Under the pieces are notes generated by a model. It had not been told where the DNA came from. It did not search any database and saw only the letters and a list, made by a program, of their open reading frames with translations. From the NCBI GenBank assembly GCA_030265395.1, contig JARFYF010000104.1, positions 61,869,215-61,933,214 of the forward strand: DNA of 64,000 nt. Reading direction: 5' to 3'. Numbering within the stretch: position 1 is the stretch's first letter; each line of letters opens with the position of its first letter. Below, in pieces: positions 1 through 12,405 of the stretch. The DNA comes from Rhina ancylostomus. Its lineage: Eukaryota. The position numbers and the translations under genes are program-made.

Positions 1-636
1 CGAATTGCTGGACCAGATCATGATGCAACCGGTCAGGATACTTTCAGCAGTACATCTCTAGAAGAGTGTTTGGTGACAAGCCGAGCCTCATTAACCTCCT
101 AAGAAAGTAAAGATGATGGCGCACTTTCCTTATGATTGCATCTATGTGCTGTGCCCAGGATAGATCATCTGTTAACGCCCAGGAATTTAAAGCTGATGAC
201 TCTTTCCACTGCCGATGCCCCAATGTAGACTGGCATTGTTCACTCTCCTTCCCCTTCCTGAAGTCAACAATCAGCTTTTTAGTGTTGCTGACCTTGAGTG
301 GGAGGTTGTTGTTGTGGCAGCACTCAACCAGGTGACCTATCTCTCTCCAGTAAGCTGACTCATCGCCACCTGTGATTCAACCAACAACAGTAGTGTCGTC
401 AACAAAACTGAAGATGGTATTAGAGCTGTCCTTAGCAACATAGTCATGTGTGTATAGAGAATAAAGCAGGGGGCTAAGCACACAGCCTTGAGGTGAACCT
501 GTTTTATGATCAGCGAGGAGAAGATGTTGCTACCAATCCTCTCTGATTGAGGTCTGCCAGTGAGGAAGTCAAGTATCCAGTCACAGAGGGAAATACAGAG
601 GCCCAGGTCTTGAAGCTTGATGATCATTAAGCACAT
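1..636 (-). mobile_element. Rex1/Babar-type LINE, decayed RT fragment
   Basis: Minus translation [32 protein letters not shown], then frameshifted [15 protein letters not shown] and [11 protein letters not shown] motifs; same family as 41201-42432. Confidence 0.85.
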
Positions 637-992
637 TAGTAAGGTGGGAACACACAGATCTTAAGACAAAACACTGTACAGTCAGAGGTATTTGCACGCA
701 TTTTCAAGGTGCCAAAGCTGCACTTACTCTTGCAAGTAGAAGTAGTGAGCATTTTACATCAAAATAGTCATGCTTTCAGTCAAAGACAGGCTTCAGTTGC
801 TAGGATTAGGGCAGCTGCAGACATCAATGGTCCTGCACAGACATTTTCCTCATGTTCAAAGATAGTTTATTTGTCAACAAGATTGAAAGGACACACAGGT
901 AACATATCAGGAATCAATAGACATGTCATTATCATTTGCAATTAAGAATGATTAAAACACTGAATTAGAAATGTGTATTTGATTCTTGTAAA

Positions 993-1070
993 AATAGAAC
1001 ACTACAGCACAGTACAGGTCCTTCAGCCCACAATGTTGTGCTGACATTTTATCCTGCTCTAAGATCTATC
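993..1070 (-). mobile_element. CR1 LINE 3' tail running into a gap
   Basis: tagaacactacagcacagtacaggtccttcagcccacaatgttgtg matches the CR1 3' termini at 3495 and 38935. Confidence 0.75.
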
Positions 1071-1170
1071 NNNNNNNNNNNNNNNNNNNNNNNNNNNNNN
1101 NNNNNNNNNNNNNNNNNNNNNNNNNNNNNNNNNNNNNNNNNNNNNNNNNNNNNNNNNNNNNNNNNNNNNN

Positions 1171-1325
1171 AACGGGTCAGGCAGCACCTGTGGATGGAAA
1201 TTGATAGTCAATGTTTTGTCTTGATGAACTGATGAAGGGTCTCGACCAGAAATGTCAACTGTCCGTTTCCTTCCATAGATGCTACCTGACCCTCTGAGTT
1301 CCTCAAGCAATTTGTTTGTTGCTCA
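1171..1325 (+). mobile_element. Fold-back Penelope-type non-autonomous element with hammerhead-like core
   Basis: Inverted arms gggtcaggcagca / tgctacctgaccc; centre ctgatga-agggtctcgacca-gaaa-tgtc at 1229-1256. Confidence 0.7.
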
Positions 1326-3290
1326 AAAATATTAGTGCATGGTGCTTCCAGAAAGCAGTCTGGAAAGCTGCTTTTCACTCATCAATGATGAAGAAGAAGT
1401 GTCACCCAAAAGAATATCTGTTTTCAAAAGTCAACATACTCTGGATCTCTTAATGTTACTAAATCTGATACAGATCATCATAGCTCATTGTTAAAAGCAA
1501 AATTTGTGATCTAACAGCACTGGATCTTTTGCTGGCTGGAGATTGTTGGTCACTTGCACTATAGATGATTTTGTTTTCTTCCAGAGACATTTTGGTGCGA
1601 TCTTCCTTCAGGAGGTTCCATCAATGAGGCCCAGTGCAGTGTAAGAACATTCCCATTGCAAATGTCAGGTTCAGTTGACAATACAGCTTTCGCAGCTGGT
1701 GACTGCCCACGCCCAGGCTTANNNNNNNNNNNNNNNNNNNNNNNNNNNNNNNNNNNNNNNNNNNNNNNNNNNNNNNNNNNNNNNNNNNNNNNNNNNNNNN
1801 NNNNNNNNNNNNNNNNNNNNNNNNNNNNNNNNNNNNNNNNNNNNNNNNNNNNNNNNNNNNNNNNNNNNNNNNNNNNNNNNNNNNNNNNNNNNNNNNNNNN
1901 NNNNNNNNNNNNNNNNNNNNNNNNNNNNNNNNNNNNNNNNNNNNNNNNNNNNNNNNNNNNNNNNNNNNNNNNNNNNNNNNNNNNNNNNNNNNNNNNNNNN
2001 NNNNNNNNNNNNNNNNNNNNNNNNNNNNNNNNNNNNNNNNNNNNNNNNNNNNNNNNNNNNNNNNNNNNNNNNNNNNNNNNNNNNNNNNNNNNNNNNNNNN
2101 NNNNNNNNNNNNNNNNNNNNNNNNNNNNNNNNNNNNNNNNNNNNNNNNNNNNNNNNNNNNNNNNNNNNNNNNGGAAGATCAGCACCAATATAAAAATAAT
2201 GAAAGTGGCTAAGTTTTACAAAACTCTTTTTATGACCATTGTAACTTTGGTTCAAGATTTAAAGATTTCACCATAGTTTTAGCAACTTTAAAATTTATTC
2301 AGTGAAAAGTAGAATCAGAAAGGAAACATTTACAAAGATGTGAGAGTCTACCATTACATTAAGATGGATAGAGTCAAATACTTTATTGATTTTGCACAAA
2401 TGATTTAGCCTGCAGAAAAGCACAAGCTGGATACAGAGGAGAGAAAAGACATCAAGGTCCTTAACGAAAAGAATTAATTTTTACACATGACCTCAAGAAA
2501 TTGGAACGCATTGCTAATTTCTGTGTGAGTTTTTCAGCCATTGCATCGTAGATATGACCTTGTTCTATAAATGAGCTTTGTGGTTACATTACAGCCACAA
2601 AAATGGGATAAAATCAGTTCCTCAGTGTACACAGGTGCAGATTCAGCTGTGGTGGCTGTTTTGGCTGGCTGCATTTTTCATAACTTATCCACAAGGAAAA
2701 TGAACAAGAGTGGAAGTAATTTCCTGGAATGCAACTGAATGAAAATATATGTAGGAAAAAGCATATTGCCAGTAACTCCTCATGCTGTTGTGAATAGTTA
2801 CTTATGTAGAAATTCTGGCCTATTTGATACAATAATTCTCAGCAGTTACTAGCAAATAAAATGTTCTGCTTCACATTATTCTGCTGTAAAGCAATCCAGC
2901 TCATAAAACTGCATTTTCTTTCATCACCAAGGAGATAGCATTGTTTCTTCCTTCCTGCAGTGCATTTTGAGTAGGATGATGAGCACTGCAAATGGCATGT
3001 TCTCTGTGGACAGACATTACAATTTTCTACAGAAATCTCTGCTGCTTTTTGTTAAAGATGTGAAACTTTCCTGACTAGTGGTAACTCTTGTGTAGGTTTG
3101 AGGGTGCCTCATGCAACAGTCAATTTAACTCAATGAAGTTGGCAGACAGATCTCTTCATTTAAATAATCTCATTATGCCGACCATCTTAATATCCCAACT
3201 TTTCAAAGAATCTGGAAAATTACAGTTTAACTTGGCTTAAAGAATGTGTTCAGAATCAAAGAGATATAAATTACCTGGATCCATTCTGCT

Positions 3291-3385
3291 TTATTGGTAT
3301 TGTTATTGGTTTATTATTGTCACTTGTACTGAGGTACAGTGAAAAACTTGACTTGCATACCGATCGTACAGGTCATTTCATTACT
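3291..3385 (-). mobile_element. Rex1/Babar LINE 3' tail
   Basis: Reverse complement matches 42350-42430 (tttttcactgtacctc..tacaagtgacaataataaaccaata). Confidence 0.75.
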
Positions 3386-3494
3386 ATATGACTCCATACA
3401 AATTACCTTCTAATAGTTTTTGAATTGGAACTCAAGTCCAGTATGGTATGTTAGCCACTTGATGCCAGCTTGAAAGGATATTGGAGAGGCAAGG

Positions 3495-4027
3495 AGAATA
3501 GAACATACAACAGTACAGCACAGAACAGGCCCTTCAGCCCACAATGTTGTGCCAACATAGTTAATCCCTCCTACCTACAGAATGCCCATATCCCTCTATT
3601 TCCCTCTCATTCATGTGCTCATCCAAGTCCCTTTCAAAAGCCTCTAATGAATTTGCCTCCACCACCATATCAGGCAACACATTCCAGGCATCCACCACTC
3701 CCTGAATAAAAAACTTACCCCTCATGTCTCCTCTGAACCTAGTCCCTTTTACCTTAAGTGCATGCCCTCTGGTATTGGATCGCTCAGTAATGGGAAAAAG
3801 ATATTCCTTGTCCACCCTATCTATGCCCCTCATAATTTTATATACTTCCAACAGATCATCCCTCAGCCTCCACCGGTCCAAAGAAAAGAACCCAAGTTTG
3901 TCCAGTCTCTCCTGATAGCACATGCCCTCTAATCCAGGCAGAATCCAGGTAAACTTCCTCTGCACCCTCTCTAAAGCCTCAACATCCTTCCTATAGTGAG
4001 GTGACCAGAAATGCATGCAATACTCTA
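3495..4027 (-). mobile_element. CR1 LINE, ORF2 C-terminus plus 3' UTR, 5'-truncated
   Basis: ORF 3561-4055: EYCMHFWSPHYRKDVEALERVQRKFT...LRDDLLEVYKIMRG...TRGHALKV...FF..GVVDAWNVLP, the canonical CR1 ORF2 end. Confidence 0.92.
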
Positions 4028-4054
4028 TGACAATACTCACTGACAACATCAACA

Positions 4055-4493
4055 TTAACTGCCCATCCCTAACTGTGTTACAGAGTTGGTGGTGAATTGC
4101 TTCCTTGAACCATTGTAGTCATTCCGGTGATGGTACTCCCACAATACTGGTAGGAGGGAGTTCTAGGATATAGGCACAGAGACAGTGCAAGACCAGCAAT
4201 ACAGTTCCAAGTAAGGATGGTGTGTGACTTGGAGAGGAACCTGCAGGTGGTGGTGCTCCCATGTGTCTGCTGCCCTTCTCCTTCTTGGTGGGAGAAGCTG
4301 CAGGTTTGGGAGTTGCTGTTGGAGTAGCCTAGGCGGGAACTGCAATGCATTTTGTAGTTGGGACATGCTGTGGCCACTATGCGGCAGTGCTGGAGGAAAT
4401 AAATATTAAGGGCAGTTGGTGCTGGGGTGACAATCAAGCAGATTGCTTTGTTCTGCATGGCCACAAGCTTCTGGGATGTTGTTGGAGCAGCAG
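4055..4493 (-). mobile_element. Second CR1-superfamily LINE family, 3' end
   Basis: Minus strand caccaccacctgcaggttcctctccaagtcacacaccatccttacttggaa ... ttagggatgggcagttaatg; related copies at 22555, 23725, 30395, 57495. Confidence 0.65.
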
Positions 4494-5619
4494 GTAATCA
4501 GAAAGTACACCCCTGAGATCTCTTGACTTACCTCCAATCAGAGTGTCCAACATTATCAGAGACCATTAATCTGTTACTATACCAGGCAATGGATCAATGT
4601 CTATCTTCTGAGAAGTTGACTGGTCTAAATCATCATTATCCAATTTTCATGCTGCCCACTCTTCCATGAATTGCCTACAACTGAAACAGCTGGATTTCAA
4701 AGGACTCAACTGTGATCAGCTGGTTCCAGTCAGACTTCAGTTCTTTGAGTCAAAATAGCTTCAACTGATCTTCCTTGAGCACATGTTATCCTTCAGTAAC
4801 AGCCTGCTTACAAGGGTCATTTTTCTTGGTTTGAACTATTTGACAATGTAACTCAGAACGTTTTGTGCTGAAAACATTTACTGGCTGTGATAATACTTCA
4901 TGGTTCCTAGTCGTTATTCAAAAGTAACACGGAAAGAAATTTTACATTGGTCATGAGAACTAAATTGGCATGGAACCATTCAGGACCAAAAAAGCCATTT
5001 GGATAAGTACANNNNNNNNNNNNNNNNNNNNNNNNNNNNNNNNNNNNNNNNNNNNNNNNNNNNNNNNNNNNNNNNNNNNNNNNNNNNNNNNNNNNNNNNN
5101 NNNNNNNNNNNNNNNNNNNNNNNNNNNNNNNNNNNNNNNNNNNNNNNNNNNNNNNNNNNNNNNNNNNNNNNNNNNNNNNNNNNNNNNNNNNNNNNNNNNN
5201 NNNNNNNNNNNNNNNNNNNNNNNNNNNNNNNNNNNNNNNNNNNNNNNNNNNNNNNNNNNNNNNNNNNNNNNNNNNNNNNNNNNNNNNNNNNNNNNNNNNN
5301 NNNNNNNNNNNNNNNNNNNNNNNNNNNNNNNNNNNNNNNNNNNNNNNNNNNNNNNNNNNNNNNNNNNNNNNNNNNNNNNNNNNNNNNNNNNNNNNNNNNN
5401 NNNNNNNNNNNNNNNNNNNNNNNNNNNNNNNNNNNNNNNNNNNNNNNNNNNNNNNNNNNNNNNNNNNNNNNNNNNNNNNNNNNNNNNNNNNNNNNNNNNN
5501 NNNNNNNNNNNNNNNNNNNNNNNNNNNNNNNNNNNNNNNNNNNNNNNNNNNNNNNNNNNNNNNNNNNNNNNNNNNNNNNNNNNNNNNNNNNNNNNNNNNN
5601 NNNNNNNNNNNNNNNNNNT

Positions 5620-5893
5620 CATAATTAGCCCTGCTCCAATTTAAAACCCTCCCACTAGCCCCATACCTATCCTTATCTATAGCTATCCTGAAAGTTAATG
5701 AGCTGTGGTCACTGTTCCCCAGTTGCTCACTGACTGATTGGTGAGTCACCTGGCCAGGCTCATTACCCAACACCAGGTCAAGAATAGCCTCTCCCCTTAT
5801 TGGACTGTCAACATATTGATTTAAGAACCCCTCCTGGATACACCTAACAAATTCTGCTCCATCTGACCCCCTTGCACTAAAAAGGTCCCAATT
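5620..5893 (-). mobile_element. CR1 LINE endonuclease-end fragment
   Basis: DGAEFVRCIQEGFLNQYVDSPIRGEAILDLVLGNEPGQV...SDHSSLTF. Confidence 0.9.
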
Positions 5894-6289
5894 TATGTTT
5901 GGATTCAGCTTCAAACTTGCACACAGTTGTGTCTGGAGCTTAGGACCATCATCACAGAATGAAAGTGGTGGCCTGTCCTATTTCAACATTTGCTGATATC
6001 CATTTCTGTTAAAGCAAACTCTACTCAGAGTGCTGTAAGTGCTGCCATGCAAGCTCAGATTGGTGTATACCAGAGTTCTAAGAAGCAATGAGGGTATTAA
6101 TGCACATCCATAATCTGTCCATCAAGAGAGATTGCATAAAGCTAAGTGGCAGGATCTGAAGTGAACCTGGCCCTTAAATCAGCACAAGTTTCAGATCTCT
6201 GAAACTTTCCTGACCACGGGCTGCAGTTCAGTAGCCACTGATTCAGGGAGGAGGACTCATCAAAATTAATATAAGCAAAATAACGTGAC

Positions 6290-8480
6290 TGAAGAAATTA
6301 ATGCCACTGAAGATTCATCGATCCATAAGACTGGACTTAAAGGAAGTAGGTGAGAATATTGTGAATACCCTGATTGTAATCAAAGTTTGTTCAATTCAGG
6401 AAACATTCTTTAAAATTAGGAAATTGAGTATGTTGATCCCTTATTTAAGAAAGGTGAGAAAGGAAAGGCAGGCAATTATAGATCAGTTAGCCTAACATCT
6501 ATTGTAAGGAAATTGTTTGAGTCTATAATTAAGAATAGAATAATTGAACACCTTGATCTGAACGAGCTAGCATGGATTTGTAAAGTATGGTTTATCTAAA
6601 GTTAAAACTCATGGAATTGAAGGCAAATCAATGGCCTGGTTAGAAAAACTGGCTGAGTGACAATGGATGGAGAGTAAGGTGAATGAGCAGTTTCCCAAAA
6701 TGGCAGAAGGTGACCAATGATCTCCAGTAAGGAACTGATTTTGTATCTCACCCCTACAGGTCATGTTAAATAGCAATTTATATGATGGAATAGAGTGCCA
6801 CATATCCAAGTTTGCACAAGACATACAGATAGATAACATGGTTGGCAGTCAAGAGGGGAACATTAAAACATTATGGAGAGGTATTAACTGGTTTTATTAA
6901 GAGAATGCCTGTAACTGTTGCAAATGGATTTTCATGATGATATATCTTGGATCATTCACTTTGGAACTACAACGAATAGAACCAGAATATTTTCTAAATG
7001 ATGAAATGCTGGATATCCAAAAAAATATTGGGGTCCATGTACATAGATCAATGAAATGCATAGATACACCACAAATGATATAAGGTCAGACAGTAGGAGT
7101 TCCTATGGATATATAATCATAAAAACTCATAACACAATTAATCAGAGTCAACAAGATTTTATGAGGGGTAAGTTATGTTTGACAAATTTGCCAGAATTCC
7201 TTCAGGCTGTAACAGACAGGTTAGATAAAGGAAAACTAGTAGATTTTGATATCTAGAAGACATTGAATAAGGTGCTACACAAAAGATACTGCACAGGATA
7301 AGACCACATGGGGTTGTGAATAATATATTGGTGTGGCTAGGGAGTGGCCATCAGCAAAATAAGAGGACAAGGAAAATAGGAAATTTTCAGATTGGCATTT
7401 GGTATTTAGTGAAATGCCATAGGAATCAGTGCTGAGGCCTCAACAATTTATGATGTATATTAATGACTTGGATGAAGGATCCAAGTGTACTGCAGTCAAA
7501 TTTGCCAGTGAGGCCAAATAGTTGGGTTAGTATGTGTGAGGAGGATAGTACGGGCCTGCAAAAGGATACAGATAGGTTAAGTGAGTAGACAAAATATTTG
7601 TGGCTAGAGTATAATATGGGAATATATAAGGTTATCCACTTTAAAGGAAGAATGAAAAAGTGGAGTTGCACAATATGGCTGTAAAAAGGAAGTAATTAGG
7701 AAGGCGAATAGAGTGTTGTCCTTTATTACAAAGGATATGGAATATAAAACTAGGGAAGTTTTGATGCAACTATGAGGTGCAGTGGAGAGGTGGCTCCTGG
7801 AGTACTGTGTGCATTTTGGTCTCCACACTTAAGGAAGGATATGCCTGGTTTGGAGCAGTGCAGAAAAGGTTCACAAGGTTAGAACATATAGAACAATACA
7901 GCACTGGACAGGCCATTCATCCCATGATGTTGTGCCTATCTTGATCCCAACTTATACTAAATGTCCTCCCCGTTTATCATCCATATCCCTCCATTCCTTT
8001 CATATTCATGTGTCTACCTAAAAGCCTCTTAAACTCCACCACACTGTCCGATTCCACTAATACCTCTGGTAACCCATTCCAGGCACCTATCACTCTCTGC
8101 GTAAAAACTTGCCCTTCATGTCCCCTTTAAACTTTGATTCCTAGGCTGAAGTGGTTAACATATCAGGAAAGATTGTGTAGGTTGGGCCTCTATTCATTGG
8201 AGTACAGAGGAATATCAGATGATTTTATTGCTATATATCACATTCTGATGGAAATTGACAGGGTGAATGTTGAGTGGAATGTTGAGGGGGTATCTAGAAT
8301 CAGGGGGCATAGCTGCAGATTATATTTAACAGAGAATGATAGACATTGAAACTACAAAGGAGTCAACCAATATGGGGAGTGAGTGGGAAGATGCTGTTGA
8401 ACAAGATTTGGATCAACTTTGATCTTCTTGAATGAGGCAATGGGCTTGAGGGGCCAGTTGTCCTCCTTCTGCTCCTGACG
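6290..8480 (+). mobile_element. Old fragmented CR1 LINE RT region and 3' end (several pieces)
   Basis: Decayed GNYR.VSLTSIV, LCLTNL.EF, YINDLD, EYCVHFWSPH, MIPRLKWLTYQERL.RLGLYSLE motifs with many stops and frameshifts. Confidence 0.8.
7879..8133 (-). mobile_element. Younger CR1 3' tail inserted antisense into the older CR1
   Basis: Interrupts the host between RFTR and IPRLKW; begins tagaacatatagaacaatacagcac. Confidence 0.75.
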
Positions 8481-8702
8481 TTAATATGAATGTCAAAGGA
8501 AATCTGCGATAGCCATTAATTGCTGACTTTGCCAGCATAGCCCAAGTCCATGAGTAAATGATCCATTCCCCCTCAGTTCCAATTTTCCCTCCGTTGGTTC
8601 ATTATCTCAGTGTCTGCTTAATCATAAATGACAAATAAAAATCAAAGCAAATAGACCTTCAAAGCATATTGATATATCTCACAAAGACAAAGAACCATCA
8701 AC

Positions 8703-8782
8703 AGGAGCTCATTTGGTAGTACTCTTGCCTCTGAATCAGTAAGTCCTGAGTTCAAATCTTCCTTAAGAGACCTGAGCACAAA
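8703..8782 (+). mobile_element. tRNA-derived SINE head (SacSINE1/DeuSINE-like)
   Basis: agctcatttggtagtactcttgcctctgaatcag...gagttcaaatc (A/B-box-like)...gagacctgagcaca. Confidence 0.55.
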
Positions 8783-9254
8783 CTTTCTCAATTTTAAGCA
8801 GCCAAAGGTGGTACAAGTAACTTGACCCTTTTTATTTAAATGGGGTCATCTGCCTTGATTAAGAAGATAAGTAGTTTATTTGGTTCAGTTTACTTTTAAA
8901 TTTTAATTTTAAATAATTGCCGCAGCAGTATAACTGAGATTCAAGTAAAATTCATTTATTTTTTTCCTTGTATTAAATGACATAAAGGCTTTTGACACAG
9001 CAAGCTGTCAGAAGGCTCTCAGGGAATTCTGAGGGAGAAATCTCAGGGTTTTCTGCCTGAAGCCCAGTTACTGTTCATATCACATTCTGTTGCATAAATG
9101 GTCGCAACATCCAGGCCTCCAATTTGATCAGACAGCACAGGAACAGGTCCTCCTGCTCACGATGGATCAAGGTTGATCCCACGGTGCAACAAAAGGCAAG
9201 TGTGGCGAATGGATAAACCCAGAGGATGGCAGGCCAGATTGAGCACAATCTTGT

Positions 9255-9533
9255 CTATTAGGCTGAGGCCCATCTCCTCTCTCGAGCAGATGTTAAAAAT
9301 CCAATGGCGTTATTTCAAAAACAGAAATTGTGGAGTTGTTGCTGGTGTCTGGGCCAATACCTATCCCACTTTCAACCTCTCTTAAAATATTATTCATTCA
9401 ATAATACATTGTCATTTATGAAAACAAATTGGCTTGCAATGTTTCCTAAGTTATAACGGCAACTACGCCTCAATAATATTGTTTTGGGATGACTAAACCA
9501 ACCAGGGATGTGCTAAATAAATATCTTTCTTTT
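9255..9533 (+). mobile_element. SacSINE1/DeuSINE-like body and tail
   Basis: gaggcccatctcctctctc..gatgttaaaaatccaatggc..ggtgtctgggccaata..aaattggc..gtttccta resembles the Deu-domain SINE as remembered. Confidence 0.55.
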
Positions 9534-9747
9534 ACCTAAGCACACTTATTCCCTTTAATTCATTCACCTTTTGCCAGGGCTTTCCTTGAATAGTTGTAGC
9601 AGGATTGGTAGAAGCTGCCCTTTTGCAAATGAGGAGGCTCCTATTGGTCCTGTAGAATGATCATGAGCAACTCTTGAGGGTCTGATTTTCTGACTGCAAG
9701 ATCTTACCACCAGCAGCCCAGTGGCAGAGTGACAAAAGTGGAATCAG

Positions 9748-9965
9748 GAATACTGAAATCCTATGATTTATAATAAAAATAGCAAATGCTGGAAACACTC
9801 AGTAGGTCAGGTAGCAAAACAGAGTTAATGTTTCTGATGAAGGGTCTCAGACCTGAAACATTATCTCTGTTTCTCATTCCACAGGTGCTGCCTGATCTGT
9901 TGAGTGTTTCCAGCATTTTCTCTTTTTGTTTCAGATTTCTAGTATTTGTATTTTTTTATTATTTT
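9748..9965 (+). mobile_element. Fold-back Penelope-type element with hammerhead-like core
   Basis: Arms aaatgctggaaacactcag / ttgagtgtttccagcattt; ctgatga(9834-9840)-agggtctcagacct-gaaa. Confidence 0.7.
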
Positions 9966-9984
9966 CATTCTGTGATCTGTGCTT

Positions 9985-10900
9985 TATTTGGTCTCTGCCA
10001 CTACCCTGAGGGGGCAGTTTCCTGATGTGACAACGTGCCTCAACTTCTCTGAAAGCACTGGTATTTAGAAGGATCATAGCAACAGTGTGAGTGAGCATGA
10101 CTGACTCTGCAATGCAACTGACACTGCAGCGCTCAGCCATTATGTGACCTCTGCTTGTACAGCATTGGATATCAGTCAGATGTAGCAATTGTTGCAATAG
10201 GGTGGGTCTTAATATCCACATCCAGCTCTGTGCAGATTTGGACTGAACTCGACATTCTCCTAGATCCCTCAAGCAGGTTTTTGATAAGGCCTGTCAATGC
10301 TAAAAGCATCTCATGCCTCATGCCCATCAGTCTGAGTTGCCCCATTAAAGATCCCATGTGAGTCCTCATTCATTCCCAGGGAAATGGGAGCTGGAAGCTG
10401 AGACCTGGATTACTCTTAATCTCTGCCCTAGTACTGTCAAGTTATTCATACAACCCAGCATCTACAGATCCTGTTTTAAAGCTACCCCATGCAATGTACC
10501 AATGTCTGAAGTGGTGACTGATAGCCCCATATTCCAGATGGAGTGCCTGCTCCATCAGACAGGTTGCTCAGCTGCCACTACCAGTAACTTATTTGAATGC
10601 TGAAAGGTACAAAGATAAAGTTATGCTGAAAGAATAGGACAAGTTAGAGCCACAAGCTTACCCCATCTAACAATCATTGTCATCAGGTTGTAGATTACAG
10701 GGATGTGGAATGTAAGAAGGAGGATTAAATATGAGCATGTCCTCATCTTCTATGGAATCCATGTCACTTCTGGTCAAGGACAGTGTAAGGCCACTCCATT
10801 AATGGCTGACAGTCTCGCCTCCAGTACAATAAGTTGTTGTATTCACATCTGTTCTTCAGTCTACTGGTACTGATGCTGGTCATGCATTGTCAGTTTCTGC
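9985..10900 (-). pseudogene. Decayed PIF/Harbinger Myb/SANT-like ORF, downstream exons
   Basis: Acceptor-like tctctcttgcag then KLTMHDQ..LIVLEARLSAING..DSIEDED; second acceptor ctttcag then ..RLMGMRHEMLLALTGL..LLEGSRRMSSS; resembles C-terminal parts of vertebrate Harbinger Myb proteins from memory. Confidence 0.4.
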
Positions 10901-12127
10901 AAGAGAGAGGCAATTGCATTGGAGGTGTGATGCATCATGCCTGAATGATATGCTAGATATGATTGAATGGCTTAAACTTGTGAGATATGGTGCTGATAAT
11001 GTTCACATTCTAGGAGAGTAAACTATATTAATACATTTCTAAAAGTTGTCAATTTCCCTTATTTGGACTATTAACCATTTAGAGTTCTGAAGATGACATG
11101 GTGATTACAAATTATGTTTGTTATTTGTCAGTGACTCCTCTTGCTGAAACTTTTATGGGGACTGGTCTGCTAGCAAAATTATGTTAGAGTGGGACTTCTG
11201 GCTGTGTGGTCGTCAGACCTCTAAACTCTGGATTCAGTGTTTTACAATGTTAAGCAGGACAGGCATCTGCAAGGCTACTTCATTGACATTCATTCCAATC
11301 CAACTTCTTCTAGACAAAGAAATGTATAGCTGAATCAATTTTCAGATCCAGAAGAAATCATTAGATGCAAGAAATTCAATACAGGTAATCTTTAATTTGA
11401 TGCCTTTCAACAGACTTCCTTTAGACTTGTGCTGATGAATTTCACCCTGCTTTTCTTTGGTGGAAGAAAGTTCATAATACCAAGGATAGTCTCAGAACCC
11501 CACGTCATCTTTTTGAAGATCTGCAGGGAAAGTCGTCATTCCCCACCCCCATCACACTGATGGAAAATGGTATTTTCCAACCTCAACTCCAAGCATTTTT
11601 TGAGACTCTGCCATGGCCCTGACTGGAATTTTGAGCCTCGTTAATTCAAACTGGGAGCCCTAAAAATACATGTTTGCAGAATGTTGATTTCCCAATGGAT
11701 GATTTTGTGGCTAAGTGAAACCATATACCCAAGATGTTCAAGTCTCATTTACAACAAATAGTTATTTAGNNNNNNNNNNNNNNNNNNNNNNNNNNNNNNN
11801 NNNNNNNNNNNNNNNNNNNNNNNNNNNNNNNNNNNNNNNNNNNNNNNNNNNNNNNNNNNNNNNNNNNNNAACAAATAGTTATTTAGGTTAGATCCCCTGT
11901 TTAGATTCCTGACTATGGATAAGGGAACACCTATGGTTTCAACTTCACTTACTTTGATAGAATCATGTCAGTTGTATCAAAAGTCTGCCACAAAGGCTAA
12001 GAAGAAAGAAAACCAGGGATGGACAATAAAACCCAACATTTTCAGTCATCTCTGGAAAGCAACAGAAGGTTTTAAAAAGTTGATCTCAAGGATAATATTT
12101 TGCACTATTTTAAAGAAGAAGACATAC

Positions 12128-12405
12128 AGTAGGTTTAAGGTGCTGGGGAGTAGGTATAGAGTAAATGTCAGGGGTCAGGTTTTTACTCAGAGAGTGGTGA
12201 GTGTGTGGAATGGGCTACCAGCAACAGTGGTGGAAGCAGATACGACAGGGTCTTTTAAGGAGCTTTTAGATAGGTACATGGAACTGAGAAAAATAGAGGG
12301 CTATGGGTAAGCCTAGTAATTTCTAAGGTATGGGTCATGTTCGGCACAGCTTTGTGGGCTGAAGGGCCTGAATTGTGCTGTAGGTTTTCCATGTTCTGTG
12401 TTCTA
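12128..12405 (+). mobile_element. CR1 LINE 3' end
   Basis: RFKVLGSRYRVNVRGQVFTQRVVSVWNGLPATVVEADT.GSFK.LLDRYM; tail gaagggcctgaattgtgctgtagg..tgttct. Confidence 0.9.

Noticed and set aside
1559-2276. Long ORFs of 170-335 aa here and at 4907-5914
   Set aside because: Their length comes from N runs translated as X.
11753-11886. Direct repeat acaaatagttatttag on both sides of a gap
   Set aside because: Overlapping contig ends around a 100-N gap; assembly artefact.
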